A DNA stretch of 64,000 nucleotides from assembly GCA_040954595.2 (NCBI GenBank), contig CM082587.2:837622-901621 (forward strand), read 5' to 3'. This document shows, piece after piece, positions 1 to 10,583 of this stretch. The notes below the pieces were generated by a model, which was given only the letters and a program-made list of their open reading frames with translations, did no database searches and had not been told where the DNA came from. The stretch's first letter is position 1. Each line of letters begins with the position of its first letter. The stretch comes from Balanoglossus misakiensis (Eukaryota; Animalia; Hemichordata). The position numbers and the translations under genes were made by a program.

Positions 1-1
1 C

Positions 2-955
2 ACAGAACTTGTCATTGGTATGGTAGGAATAATCGGAAATTTTCTCGTGATTTTGGTAGTTTGCATTGCGTCATCGATGAGAACGACAACTAATTTCTTG
101 TTAGTCAATCTTGCTGCAGCAGATCTCCTGACATCTGTCCTGTGCATTCTGATCAAGTACATGACTCATGCCTTCAATTTCGCAGTACCAGCAGGACTAG
201 CAGGAGAATTCTATTGCCGATTCTACCATGGATCTTTCATCTTCTGGGTTGGCATCAGAGAATCAACATTTAGTTTAGTTTTGGTAACCTTAGAACGATA
301 TCTCGCCATCGTTCACCCATTGCTTTATCCCAAGTATTTTACAACTCGCAATGCTGTCATTGCGGTGGTTGTTTCCTGGATTGTTTCATTTGTGATCGAA
401 TTCATCATTACATTTTTCAAGCATAGTGCTAATGGAACATGTGTATTAGTCTATCCTACAAAGGAGGTTGCAATGACCTTTGGTTTGTTTTATTTCATTT
501 GTTGCTACTTTATCCCAACAATTTTAATGATATGGGCGTACATCAGAATGTTATGCAGTCTTCGTATTAACAGAGATATGGTTGGTGGTTGTGATGACAG
601 GAATGAAACTCTTCTAAGAGCAAGAAATCGGTTGATAAAAGTTCTGATTATAGTATTTATGGCGTATTTTATTTGTTGGACGCCAATAATGGTCATATTT
701 CTTTACCTTAATCTTGGCGGACAGGGGACAGTGTTTGCGAGTTACACACAGGGTCTCATTCTGTTGGCATTTACAAATTCTGTTCTCAACCCGTTTATTT
801 ATGCGTTCAAGTACAAACAATTCCAAAGAGCCTTCTTGAATAACCTTTGTCCATGTTTAGTACGAACCATGCAAGTCGGTCCTGATAATAACACAATCAC
901 AATAAATTCCGAGCAAGTAGAAATCGCGGAAAATCTATCCAACCAGCACGGTTGA
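2..955 (+). CDS. Class A (rhodopsin-like) GPCR, paralog 1; 5' end truncated by the window; galanin/allatostatin-receptor-like orphan
   Basis: The frame is open from position 2 (TELVIGMVGIIGN), aligning with paralog 2 (SELGIGMIGTVGN), so the true start lies upstream of the window. Motifs: TM1 GN, TM2 NLAAAD, TM3 LERY, TM6 CWTP, TM7 NPFIY. Stop TGA at 953-955. No introns in the visible coding part. Confidence 0.92.
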   Translation, partial: TELVIGMVGIIGNFLVILVVCIASSMRTTTNFLLVNLAAADLLTSVLCILIKYMTHAFNFAVPAGLAGEFYCRFYHGSFIFWVGIRESTFSLVLVTLERYLAIVHPLLYPKYFTTRNAVIAVVVSWIVSFVIEFIITFFKHSANGTCVLVYPTKEVAMTFGLFYFICCYFIPTILMIWAYIRMLCSLRINRDMVGGCDDRNETLLRARNRLIKVLIIVFMAYFICWTPIMVIFLYLNLGGQGTVFASYTQGLILLAFTNSVLNPFIYAFKYKQFQRAFLNNLCPCLVRTMQVGPDNNTITINSEQVEIAENLSNQHG

Positions 956-2638
956 CAGATGTACAACAGATCATTTTCCAACTTCCAAAAGACTCTGCAA
1001 GATCTCATGTGGCTTGGCAGTTTTTATGAGTGGACTCTCATGTCATGCAACACTAGTTTCAAAAAAGGTTGACTTGTATTATATGGCTAGCCACCTGTTT
1101 CTATGGTAATTGACTAAAAGTCTCCTGAGATCTCGCAAGAAGCAGACAATGATCTATTATTAAAGGGCACATGTGCTTGAGTCATCCATCAAATTTCTAT
1201 ATGCTTTTGCCTCGGATCTGAGAAGCCTATCAAAGTGTGTGGTTAGGGGTAGGGTTGTGTTTAATTAGTTTTATTTTCCAGTTTGGAGGATGTTCTCGAG
1301 TTCTAGATGGGCAAGCAGCAGGAACTGAGGCAAAGTAAGCGTTCCACCAGAGTAGATCTGAGTGTAGAATCGTTACCACCTCGAGATAAATAAAAATACT
1401 TGAAATACACATGCTATTCTGAAGAGACATGTAGTAAAATTTAAGCGACTGTAAAGAATCGTCTTTGGAGTCTCTACTATCTACTGCTGGGGTTTTCAAA
1501 CAGAAAGTTAGCTGTAAAATTGTTAGTACTGACCAAAAATTAATGTGTCCATGTATGGTTTGTAAATTGTGCCTTGACAACACGCCATTAGGCGCTGATG
1601 TGTAATTAATGTCATTATTCTTCTGCTTTTCATGTATTGTAATTTCTAGTTTTTGAAATTTTTGTAAGAAAAACATGTATACACAAGGTCATGTGATGTA
1701 ATATAGCAAGAAAAGTTTAAAGAATTATTTTAAGCTTTACAGTTTGTTGTACAGTTTAATTCTCCAAATCTCGTACTTGTCTGCTTCTGTTTTTTGCCAT
1801 TGTATCATTCCCACTATGTCATTAAAAGCAAGCAGTCAAAAAAGTGAACATCTTCAAACGTGTTCCTATTTGACCTATGAACTTTGGTTGGTAGGGTCGC
1901 AAATATTGATGGCATGTAAATTATTAAGTGGTTCTCCAATTCGGACAAGAGAACTTACCCCCCCCCCCCAACCCATCACTTGAAAGGCATGTGGGTTAAA
2001 AAATAGGCATATTTTAACGAAACACACAGAAAAAAAGAGAAACAAAACCTAAGGTGTTGCGCTGACCTGATCTCTCAGATCCCGTGAGGAGTACGGTGCC
2101 CAGAGTGCATACACCTGTAAGTTTTGTGGCCTCTATTTGAATTTACAAGAACCATTTTTCCATTCATAAATTGTCATGAACCCCCCCCCCCCCCGAAACA
2201 TTTTGCCAACTTTCCCTTAGGCTCATCGAAACAAGTTTTCAAAGCCTAGTCAGAAAATAACAGTATAAAATAGTCTCTCCGCTCAAACACGGAATCAACC
2301 CCCCTCCCCCCGAAACATTTTTGCCAACTTCCCCCCTGTGCTCGTCGAAACAACTGGCGTTTTCAAGACCTTGTCAGAAATGACAGTAAAAGTACCGCCT
2401 AGCTGTCAGCTCAAACCCGGAATCTCCCCCCTCTCCCCGAAACATTTATCTCGGAACCGGAATAAATTTACTGATGAAAACTGCTTCACTTCCATGGTCC
2501 CGTGATAAATTCGTATCCCCTATACTCAGCACGCGTAGCAAGAGCCATACTGAAAAATTACCTGACAAGATTTAGATACAATGTATTTTCTTTGTACAAA
2601 CACCTGACTGTAGGCGCAGGGTCATGATCGGAGGGTGG

Positions 2639-2724
2639 TAGCTCTGCGTGGCAGGGCTGTGTTATTACGGCGAGCCCTCCACCCAGGGCTCGCCGTAACA
2701 ACACAGCCCTGCCACGCAGAGCTA
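2639..2724. repeat. Near-perfect palindrome (40-bp arms, 6-nt loop), copy 1
   Basis: TAGCTCTGCGTGGCAGGGCTGTGTTATTACGGCGAGCCCT-ccaccc-AGGGCTCGCCGTAACAACACAGCCCTGCCACGCAGAGCTA, one mismatch, TA at both ends. Confidence 0.9.
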
Positions 2725-3687
2725 GGACGGTGGCTGCTCAAATGAACACTATACAAATCTCAAATACACAGCAAAATAGATGAGACACAAAACCTAAGGT
2801 GTTGCGCTGACCTGATTTCTCAGATCCCGCGAGGAGTACGGTGCCCAGAGTGCATACACCTGTAAGTTTTGTGGCCTCTTTTTGAATTTACAAGAACCAT
2901 TTTTCCATTCAAAAATTGTCATGACAACCCCCCCCCCCCCCCCCCCCGAAACATTTTGCCAACTTTCCCTTAGGCTCATCAAAACAAGTTTTCAAAGCCT
3001 GGTCAGAGAATAACAGTACAATTAGTGTCTGTCCACTCGAACCTGTAGAATCACCCCCTCCCCCCGATGTTCACATAAATGTTTGAAACTACAGATCTCA
3101 AATAAACAGTAAAATGAATGAGAAACAAAACCTAAAGGTGTTGCGCTGACCTGATCTCTCAGATCCCGCGAGGAGTACGGTGCCCAGAGTGCATACACCT
3201 GTAAGTTTTGTGGCCTCTATTTGAATTTACAAGAACCATTTTTCCATTCATAAATTGTCATGAACCCCCCCCCCCCCGAAACATTTTGCCAACTTCCCCC
3301 CGTTTTCAAAGCTTAGTCAGAAATAACAGTAAAAATAACGTCTCTCCGCTCAAACACGGAATAAACCCCCCTCCCGCCAAAACATTTTTGCCAACTTACC
3401 CCCCCCCCCTGTGCTCGTCGAAACAAGTGGCGTTTTCAAGACCTTGTCAGAAATGACAGTAAAAGTATCGCCTGTCAGCTCAAACCCGGAATCTACCACC
3501 TCCCCCCCGAAACATTCAGCTCAAACCCGGAATAAATGTACTGATGAAAACTGCTTCCCTTCCTTCGTCCCGTGATAACACGCGTAGGAGTAACTATACT
3601 GAAAAATTACCTGACAAGATTTAGATACAATGCATTTTCTTTGTACAAACACCTGACTGCAGGCGCAGGGTCATGATCGGACGGTGG

Positions 3688-3772
3688 TAGCTCTGCGTGG
3701 CAGGGCTGTGTTGTTACGGCGAGCCCTCCTCCTAGGGCTCGCGTAACAACACAGCCCTGCCACGCAGAGCTA
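3688..3772. repeat. Near-perfect palindrome, copy 2
   Basis: Same arms as 2639-2724, with a 1-nt deletion in the right arm and a different loop (cctcct). Confidence 0.9.
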
Positions 3773-5158
3773 GGACGGTGGCTGCTCAAAATCTCAAATA
3801 CACAGCAAAATAGATGAGACACAAAACCTAAGGTGTTGCGCTGACCTGATTTCTCAGATCCCGTGAGGAGTACGGTGCCCAGAGTGCATACACCTGTAAG
3901 TTTTGTGGCCTCTATTTGCAACCAATTTTACAAGACGGTCACCAAAAACGTCACTCATCAACAAAACCTCAAAATTTGTAGCGAAATGAACGGGCGGTCC
4001 GGAACAGGCCTTCTCATGTACATTACACTGTGTTGGTTTCTCCTTGGCCGGACGAAACACCCGAAAGCAAGTGAATTTTACGAAACCCCGGCCACTTCCG
4101 ACCCGCTAAACCAAGGTTACCATAACTTAGATATCACGAGTAGGTGGACAATCTGGCAAAGTTACACAGCGCTGATTTTGGAGGTCCTTCGAACGCAGCC
4201 ATGAAAATTCTCCTGGAAAACACGCGTGGTTGCATGTTAATTACTTGACCCACAACTCGCTTCTGATTGGCTGATTGGTGTTCGACAGGCTACGATATCA
4301 CCCGCCAAGGGCGTGATTGAAAATTAGCATCCACGTGTCAAATGAAAGCGCAGCGCCAGCCAGCGGTGGGAATGGAGCAGGGGAGCGTTTGCCGCAGCCG
4401 TCCCAGCTACGGTCACCATAGCCATCTAAGAGTTTGACCAACGCTTCCAGAACGATAATATTTTCGATTTAGAGTAGAATCCCACCGAAATGCTTGAAGC
4501 AACTGAAACCAAACCCGTGGTTTGCGTAATTTATCAACTCTCACAACATACACAATTAAAATTTAACAAAGCGAGATCTGTAACTTTACACTAGGTCAGT
4601 GGAAAACAAAACTATTTCTAGCAACATTTTAATATCTACAACGTAATGATGTAATGTGTTGCCCGGGGTTGGAATGGAGACAAGTTCTTTATACATCTTT
4701 GTAAAATTAAATGTGTGTCACTGATGACATTTTCTGTTTGTTCTATCACATAAATTAGCTACATATCAATATAAAACTGTGTAGGCCTAATCCGTTCGCA
4801 AACAGGGTTGTATAGGTACAACTGTCCTGGTTGTTGGAAAGCAAGATAGGTCCTACATGTAGTTACATCCCGCAACTGAATCAAAGAAATATCTACCTTG
4901 AACCTTTTGACGTCTCAAGAGAGATTCGCTGTGCACGTTGGTCCATAAGCAACAAAATCTGCGCTAAGCCTAAACAGGTAAGATTAGCGAACGTTGGTTC
5001 TGTGTATCAATCAAATGCAATTTCTTGCTCTACTCCAAACAGCATACAGGATCGTAACCATGCAATGATATAAAAAAAATCCTTCATGACTCTAAATTAA
5101 CATAAGATAATATGTTTCCATTGATTTCAGTTGGAATCCCGTTTTATCCACGACGATA

Positions 5159-6163
5159 ATGAACAACTCCACTGAAACAGATTGTACCAGCCTATCAGAC
5201 AGAATACCACCATACATCTACAACAGCGAACTTGGCATCGGGATGATTGGAACAGTCGGCAATTTCCTTGTAATTTTGGTGATCGGGATGACGCCAAACA
5301 TGAGAACAACAACAAATTTCCTCATAGTTAATCTTGCAGTGGCAGATTTACTTACATCCATCATGTGTGTTCTCATGAAGTATTTGACCCATGCTCTCAA
5401 TTTTACGGTACCTGCAGGGTTAGCCGGAGAAATTTACTGTCGCATGTACTATGCCGCTTTTCCCTTCTGGGTGGGCATCAGAGAATCGACATTCGCTTTA
5501 ATTCTGGTGACTTTAGAGAGATACGTGGCCATTGTTCATCCATTGCTTTATAACCAGTATTGTACAAATCGCAATATTTCGATTTCAGTTGCTGTTACTT
5601 GGCTCTTTGCATTTATTATCGAATTCATCATTACATTTTTTCAACCCAGTGCAAATGGTAGATGTGTCTACGTCTATCCTAGTAAGCTGGTTGCCATGGC
5701 TTTTGGTTTGTTTTACTTCATTTGTTGCTACTTTATCCCAACAATTTTAATGATATGGGCGTACATCAGAATGTTACGCAGTCTTGGTATTACAGGAGAT
5801 ATGGTTGGTGGTTGTGATGACAGGAATGGAACTCTTCTGAGAGTTAGAAACCGGTTAATAAAAGTCTTATTCGTGGTGTTCATGGCGTTTTTTATATGTT
5901 GGACACCTCTCACACTCGCCTTTCTGTATCTTAATCTCGGAGGTCCTGGACAAGTGTTTGCTAGTTATACACAAGGGTTGATCTTGCTAGCATTTGCCAA
6001 TTCTCTTGTTAATCCATTCATTTATGCGTTCAAGTACAAGGCATTCCGCAGGGCATTCTTGAATAATCTCTGTAGGTGTTTCGTTAGAGATTCACAAGTA
6101 CGCCCAGATAATATCAACACCACAGCAGCTACAACAAGTGTACATTTGCATCAACATGATTGA
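5159..6163 (+). CDS. Class A (rhodopsin-like) GPCR, paralog 2, 334 aa, single coding exon
   Basis: Complete ORF with a short N-terminus carrying an N-glycosylation sequon (MNNST) and motifs GN, NLAVAD, LERY, CWTP, NPFIY. A splice-acceptor-like tttccattgatttcag ends at 5130, suggesting a 5'UTR intron. Clearly paralogous to 2-955. Confidence 0.95.
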   Translation: MNNSTETDCTSLSDRIPPYIYNSELGIGMIGTVGNFLVILVIGMTPNMRTTTNFLIVNLAVADLLTSIMCVLMKYLTHALNFTVPAGLAGEIYCRMYYAAFPFWVGIRESTFALILVTLERYVAIVHPLLYNQYCTNRNISISVAVTWLFAFIIEFIITFFQPSANGRCVYVYPSKLVAMAFGLFYFICCYFIPTILMIWAYIRMLRSLGITGDMVGGCDDRNGTLLRVRNRLIKVLFVVFMAFFICWTPLTLAFLYLNLGGPGQVFASYTQGLILLAFANSLVNPFIYAFKYKAFRRAFLNNLCRCFVRDSQVRPDNINTTAATTSVHLHQHD

Positions 6164-7769
6164 TGGCAGAACAAGCTTATTTAGATGGAACAATCTAAGT
6201 TGGAAAATAACATCTTTAAAATAGTGTTAAACAAGAGGCAGCTCTTGAGGATGAGTTTAGTTCACTTAACTTTCTTTATTCGTTTTCTTTTTTTAAAGAA
6301 CAATGTATTTGAATCTAATATTATGTATTCAACCCGGATTAATTGTGTCCTCACTTCACACTACATTGACTTCTGTGTTATATTTACGCAGTGTATCCAT
6401 TTTGTCCTAAGACAAGTTGTAGAAGTGTATATTGCTGTGTTCTCGTTCCTGGTGCATTGAAGGGCACCCAATATTTTCTTTTAAACATAGCAAAAAATAT
6501 GAGCTGTGTATTCAATCTAATCAATAATAACTAAAATGTATCTTGTATTTCTTGGTGAATAAAAACAATGCTTGATGACAGTTAAATTGTACAGAAGTAT
6601 TTTGTCCATCAACCCTCACAAGTAACCAAAAGGAACTATTTGATTTTGTTAACACCATTTCGATTTAACGCAGATTATAGATTATTCATATTTAGTATTA
6701 AGCATTCCTGGATTGAACTCTCGTCCAATCAGAATGGCGGATGGTAGCATGATATAAAATTTATTTATTTGATAATACCATACAATATATAATAAATAGG
6801 CAATCCCACAGAGTAACAAACACACACGATACTGATTAAAATTGGTCTCCAGAGGCGATAAATTATTTTTTTAAATCAGGTTCTCAGATTACAATTAAAA
6901 ATACAAAAGTTGCCTGTACATAATACAGTGTAAAGCGAGAAATATAAATGCTAAGTACTTGTCATCAGTGAGTGTGTGTGTGTTATTTCTTCCAGCATAG
7001 GTTATGGATTGAGTCGCCATTTGTGAGCCAGTTGGACGCATATGCTTTCCATCTTGTATCACGTTCGATTCTACGTGCTTGTAAACTTCATTCTGGTGTT
7101 TCTACCCATAGATCCCAGGGTCTATGTTCTACCTCATGTCTTTATCGCCCTCAAAGTCGCTCAATGCCACCCGCGTGGACCTGTCTGTTTTGCCATTCTT
7201 AAAGATGTAGACAAAACAAAACAAAACAAAATAATAACGTAAACAATTAGAAATACAATACAGCGTCGCTTGGGAGTCTTCAGGCGCAAACTTCTTGCAT
7301 GGTCCATTGCGTATAACTAACAAAACATACGAGTCTGTAAAGGCGATTCAAAAGTTCTGAGCACGTGTCAGAAGACGAAGACGACGAACCTGTGATTGAA
7401 GTCTATCATTGATGAGTCCTGTGATGTCATGTCGACTTTGGATACCGTCATACCTTTCAGATTCCTGCACACACTTTCGAACAGTGCGTCCATTCTGCAA
7501 TTCAACCGTTTCTGTTATAGCATTGCTTGAAAAGGATTACTTTTTTATTGACGATTGCATCAAACTGCTCACGTGTACCAGACTGGGCGTGATGCATATT
7601 GAAGAACTGAAAACGCATATCTTTGGAGAAGATATTTCAGACAAGGTCAATGTTATTATTGACTTCACCGACCAGGGGCAGGCGTGTTTGAAGAGACTGA
7701 CTAGGGCCTGGGAACTATACAAGGGTCTATGACAGTACTTATCACATAAAAAATTGACTGGGTGGTTAC

Positions 7770-9563
7770 CTCGTCTTCAAGCGTGGCGTCACAATCATGA
7801 GAGATGAGTAATCGCATGATGTTGACATGCGCATACCAAGCCGCCAGGTGAGCTGGTGTTTCCCCGTGCTGGCAATGAAGAATACATGAACGCGTAAATC
7901 GATAAATAAATGAAAACATTGCTCGGCTATCAAATTTTATTACAGGTATCTCTAATGTACTGTCATCGTAAAAAATGTGTGGTAAAGCACTGATCAAGTG
8001 GATTTTACAGACACCAAACAACTTCGTGTCCGCCAACATTTTTTTCCATGGCTGTTATGGGTAAACTTTTGAACTCCATTTTACATCACGTAATTACCAT
8101 ATTCAGGGCATTGACAGGTGCGCTGTGCTTGAGGAGTTTCTCGGTGGTTTCGTAATGGTCATATGCAGCTGAGATGTGAAGTGCTGTTGCGCCGTGCTGG
8201 GAAAAAACAACCGAATTTTTCATCGAAATGTGTTGTATATTTGAAGAAATGGTGATGTCCTTTCAGTAAAGAAAAATCAGACAAATAAAAATCAAGAAAT
8301 GGGTGCAGTTGTGCAAGCCCCAAGCAACAACAAGTCCAAAACTTTCTGCGACCGGCATACAGAAGATTCTACTCGTTCTCTTTTTATTTGCCACATGGTA
8401 TGTGACACGACGTCGAGCACAAACGTTTTTAGGAGAAAGTTAAGCTTACTTACATCAACTGTTCTGTCATCGATGTTTGCCCCAGAGTCTAAGAGTTTAC
8501 AGACTGCTGAAGAACTACCGAACATTGCAGCTGAGTGCAAAGGTGTCGCTCCAGACTGGAAAATGAACAGAGGGGCTATGAATACCAAATTTGGATTCGA
8601 CAGGGCCGGGATGCAAAGGCCATACCATATCACTCTAATACTCGATCAAACGCATTTTTAAGTTTTAAAAAAAAACTTTTTTATTGCCGATTATTGACAT
8701 AGTGTTCATGGTAGTTGAAATAATCCACAAGCCATAGACAGTTAAAACATCTCACCGTTTTGTTTCTAATTGTTACGTCAGCATCATGGTCCAGAAGAAG
8801 TTCTATGACCTTTGCACGGTTGCAGGCTGCAGCTTGGTGTAAAGGTGTGGCCCCAACCTGCGTGTATAATAAGTAAATGGTGAAAAAAATACTTCAAACA
8901 CTGTAAATTAAAGACCAAAATTCCAGCTATTGTCTTCTGTTATTTTACAACTGTGGTTTTTGTCGACATGACACTCAAACGTGTACTAACCTTAGGTGTT
9001 GTGACGTTTACTTTGGCCCCACGGTCCAGAAGTAATTGAACAATTTCTACATAGCCATTGTTTGCTGCCACATGCAAGGGGGTCCATGCATCAATCTGTG
9101 GATGGGTCAAAAACACCATCAATCTGATAAAAAGTTATGATTATAAGTTGCCTCGTACCGTGTTGTGAGTCGCTTGGGAATCTGTTATGTGATAGGAAAA
9201 TAGAATGACTATTTCCCTAGGGGTATAGTTACATCACATATTACCTGGTCAAGTGACTAAGTGCGTTCATCTCAGGACATGAGCAGGATTTGAATAATAT
9301 GAGACCACTTACTACGCCCGAATTAGAATACTTAAGTTTGACGGTGACATTCGGGTTGCATCCCGGGACTTCCAATAGTGCCGCCACGCCCTCAATATTT
9401 CCTCCTTTTGCAGCCTTGAATAATTTCTATGGATTGTTGAGTACATGAAAAGTTTTACCCACTTTGTACGAAAGTTTTCAACAAGCGCACTTCTGATATG
9501 CGACGATGAATATTCAATGACATACACATCAATAAATACCTTTGATGCATTCATTGTGTCCAT
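7770..9563 (-). CDS. Small ankyrin-repeat protein (about six ANK repeats); 3' exon(s) not resolved
   Basis: Phase-0 GT-AG exons: 9563-9540 (MDTMNASK), 9426-9313 (KLFKAAKGGNIEGVAALLEVPGCNPN..), 9095-8991 (IDAWTPLHVAANNGYVEIVQLLLDRGAKVN), 8857-8756 (VGATPLHQAAACNRAKVIELLLDHDADV), 8555-8454 (SGATPLHSAAMFG), 8196-8098 (HGATALHISAAYDH), 7868-7770 (HGETPAHLAAWYAH). The terminal exon lies somewhere in ~6970-7715; one candidate is 7198-7129 (NGKTDRS..*). Confidence 0.85.
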
Positions 9564-10583
9564 CTTGCTACTTGCTACCCCGTGTCATTTTCTGTCTCTA
9601 TAAAGCGAAGAAAAAACAACGAGGTGACCCTTTTCAAGTGTTTCTATTGTAACGTCACTGACTGATATTCGGTTGAGTGTTTGACAACGTTTTGACAGAA
9701 CATTTTGAACACTTCATCGCGCATTTAACAATTCACATTGACTAGTTTCGTGATTCGGTGTCATCCCAAGGTGGGAAAATCAAACCATGGAAACTCAAAA
9801 TGGTTTGAACCGATACAATATTACAAAACAGTAATAAACAATACTTGCTCTAAGATCCGTCCGGCGGCGTGAAGCACAGATTGATCCCTGAGCCGTGGTT
9901 TGATTTTAATCTTATCATTTTATAGAAATTTGCAAACAATGGCATTTGGTCTGTCATCAGATCTTTTTTTCTAGTCTGGGTACGAAGTACAGAAAATGTT
10001 GAGGGCGCACTTACATATTGTAACCGTAGTCTTGGTAACAAGCATCGGTGTAGATGGGCAGCGTCTTACTTTTGAGCAATGGCACTGACACTACTTTCAG
10101 ACACAATCAATCACAAAATGTTCATCAACCTTTAGATCAAACAATTTATGAGTATGGAATAAGTCATTTTTATTAAACTTGTCAAAAAAGTATACAGATA
10201 ATATATATAATGTGAAAAATATCTTAAAAACTTCTTGTTTGCTACATAGGAAAAAATATCTGAAACTTGCTTTTTACCACAGAGCATTGTCTTTAACTTT
10301 TCTGCACTGATTTTGTAGTCTATAAAAATAATCACTGAGTATAAATAAGAATTTCTACTTCTCTCAAAAAATGGAGACGTAATTCATCACAGGTTTACAA
10401 CGATAAAAAATCAAACAAAATATAAGCTACATCTAAAGAGGTACTGTATTTTTTGTACATGTAATGTCTGCTGTTGGATTGGTCAGAAAACAATGTGACA
10501 TCATCCAATGAGAAAGTAGCATAAACCCTAAAAGCATGCTGGGAAAATACTACGTTAAAAACAGTAATGTGAACACAAGAACA

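Larger units (their letters stand above)
2030..4428. mobile_element. Composite non-autonomous repeat with internal tandem duplications, possibly Helitron/Helentron-derived
   Basis: Higher-order units begin at ~2030, ~2760, ~3090 and ~3790 and contain ~120-bp C-run subrepeats (cccccgaaacattttgccaact...), a structured 63-nt motif (x4) and a 40-bp-arm palindrome (x2). The right end has GC-rich hairpins (gccgcagc..gctacggt; gctacggtcaccatagc) followed by CTAA, resembling a Helitron-type 3' CTRR end. The left boundary is not defined. It shares sequence with the element at 46540-46920. Confidence 0.6.

Noticed and set aside
2053-2115. HDV-like ribozyme, tRNA-derived SINE or CRISPR interpretation of the repeated motif
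   Set aside because: UCCUCGCGG resembles the HDV L3 loop, but I could not build the P3/P1/P2 nested pseudoknot. There is no cloverleaf or clear A/B box. The spacers are long and mutually homologous, and the DNA is eukaryotic with no cas genes.
2436-3550. Plus-strand hammerhead-like words: CGAAACATTTAT...ATAAATKTA-CTGATGA at ~2438-2477 and ~3508-3547
   Set aside because: The GAAA/stem III/NUH part is followed directly by CUGAUGA, with no stem I and no stem II partner. The words align with ordinary positions of the ~120-bp subrepeat, so this is probably coincidence.
9312-9563. 83-aa ORF in the track as a single-exon protein
   Set aside because: Only its first 8 codons are coding. After the intron 9539-9427 the ankyrin frame is a different one.
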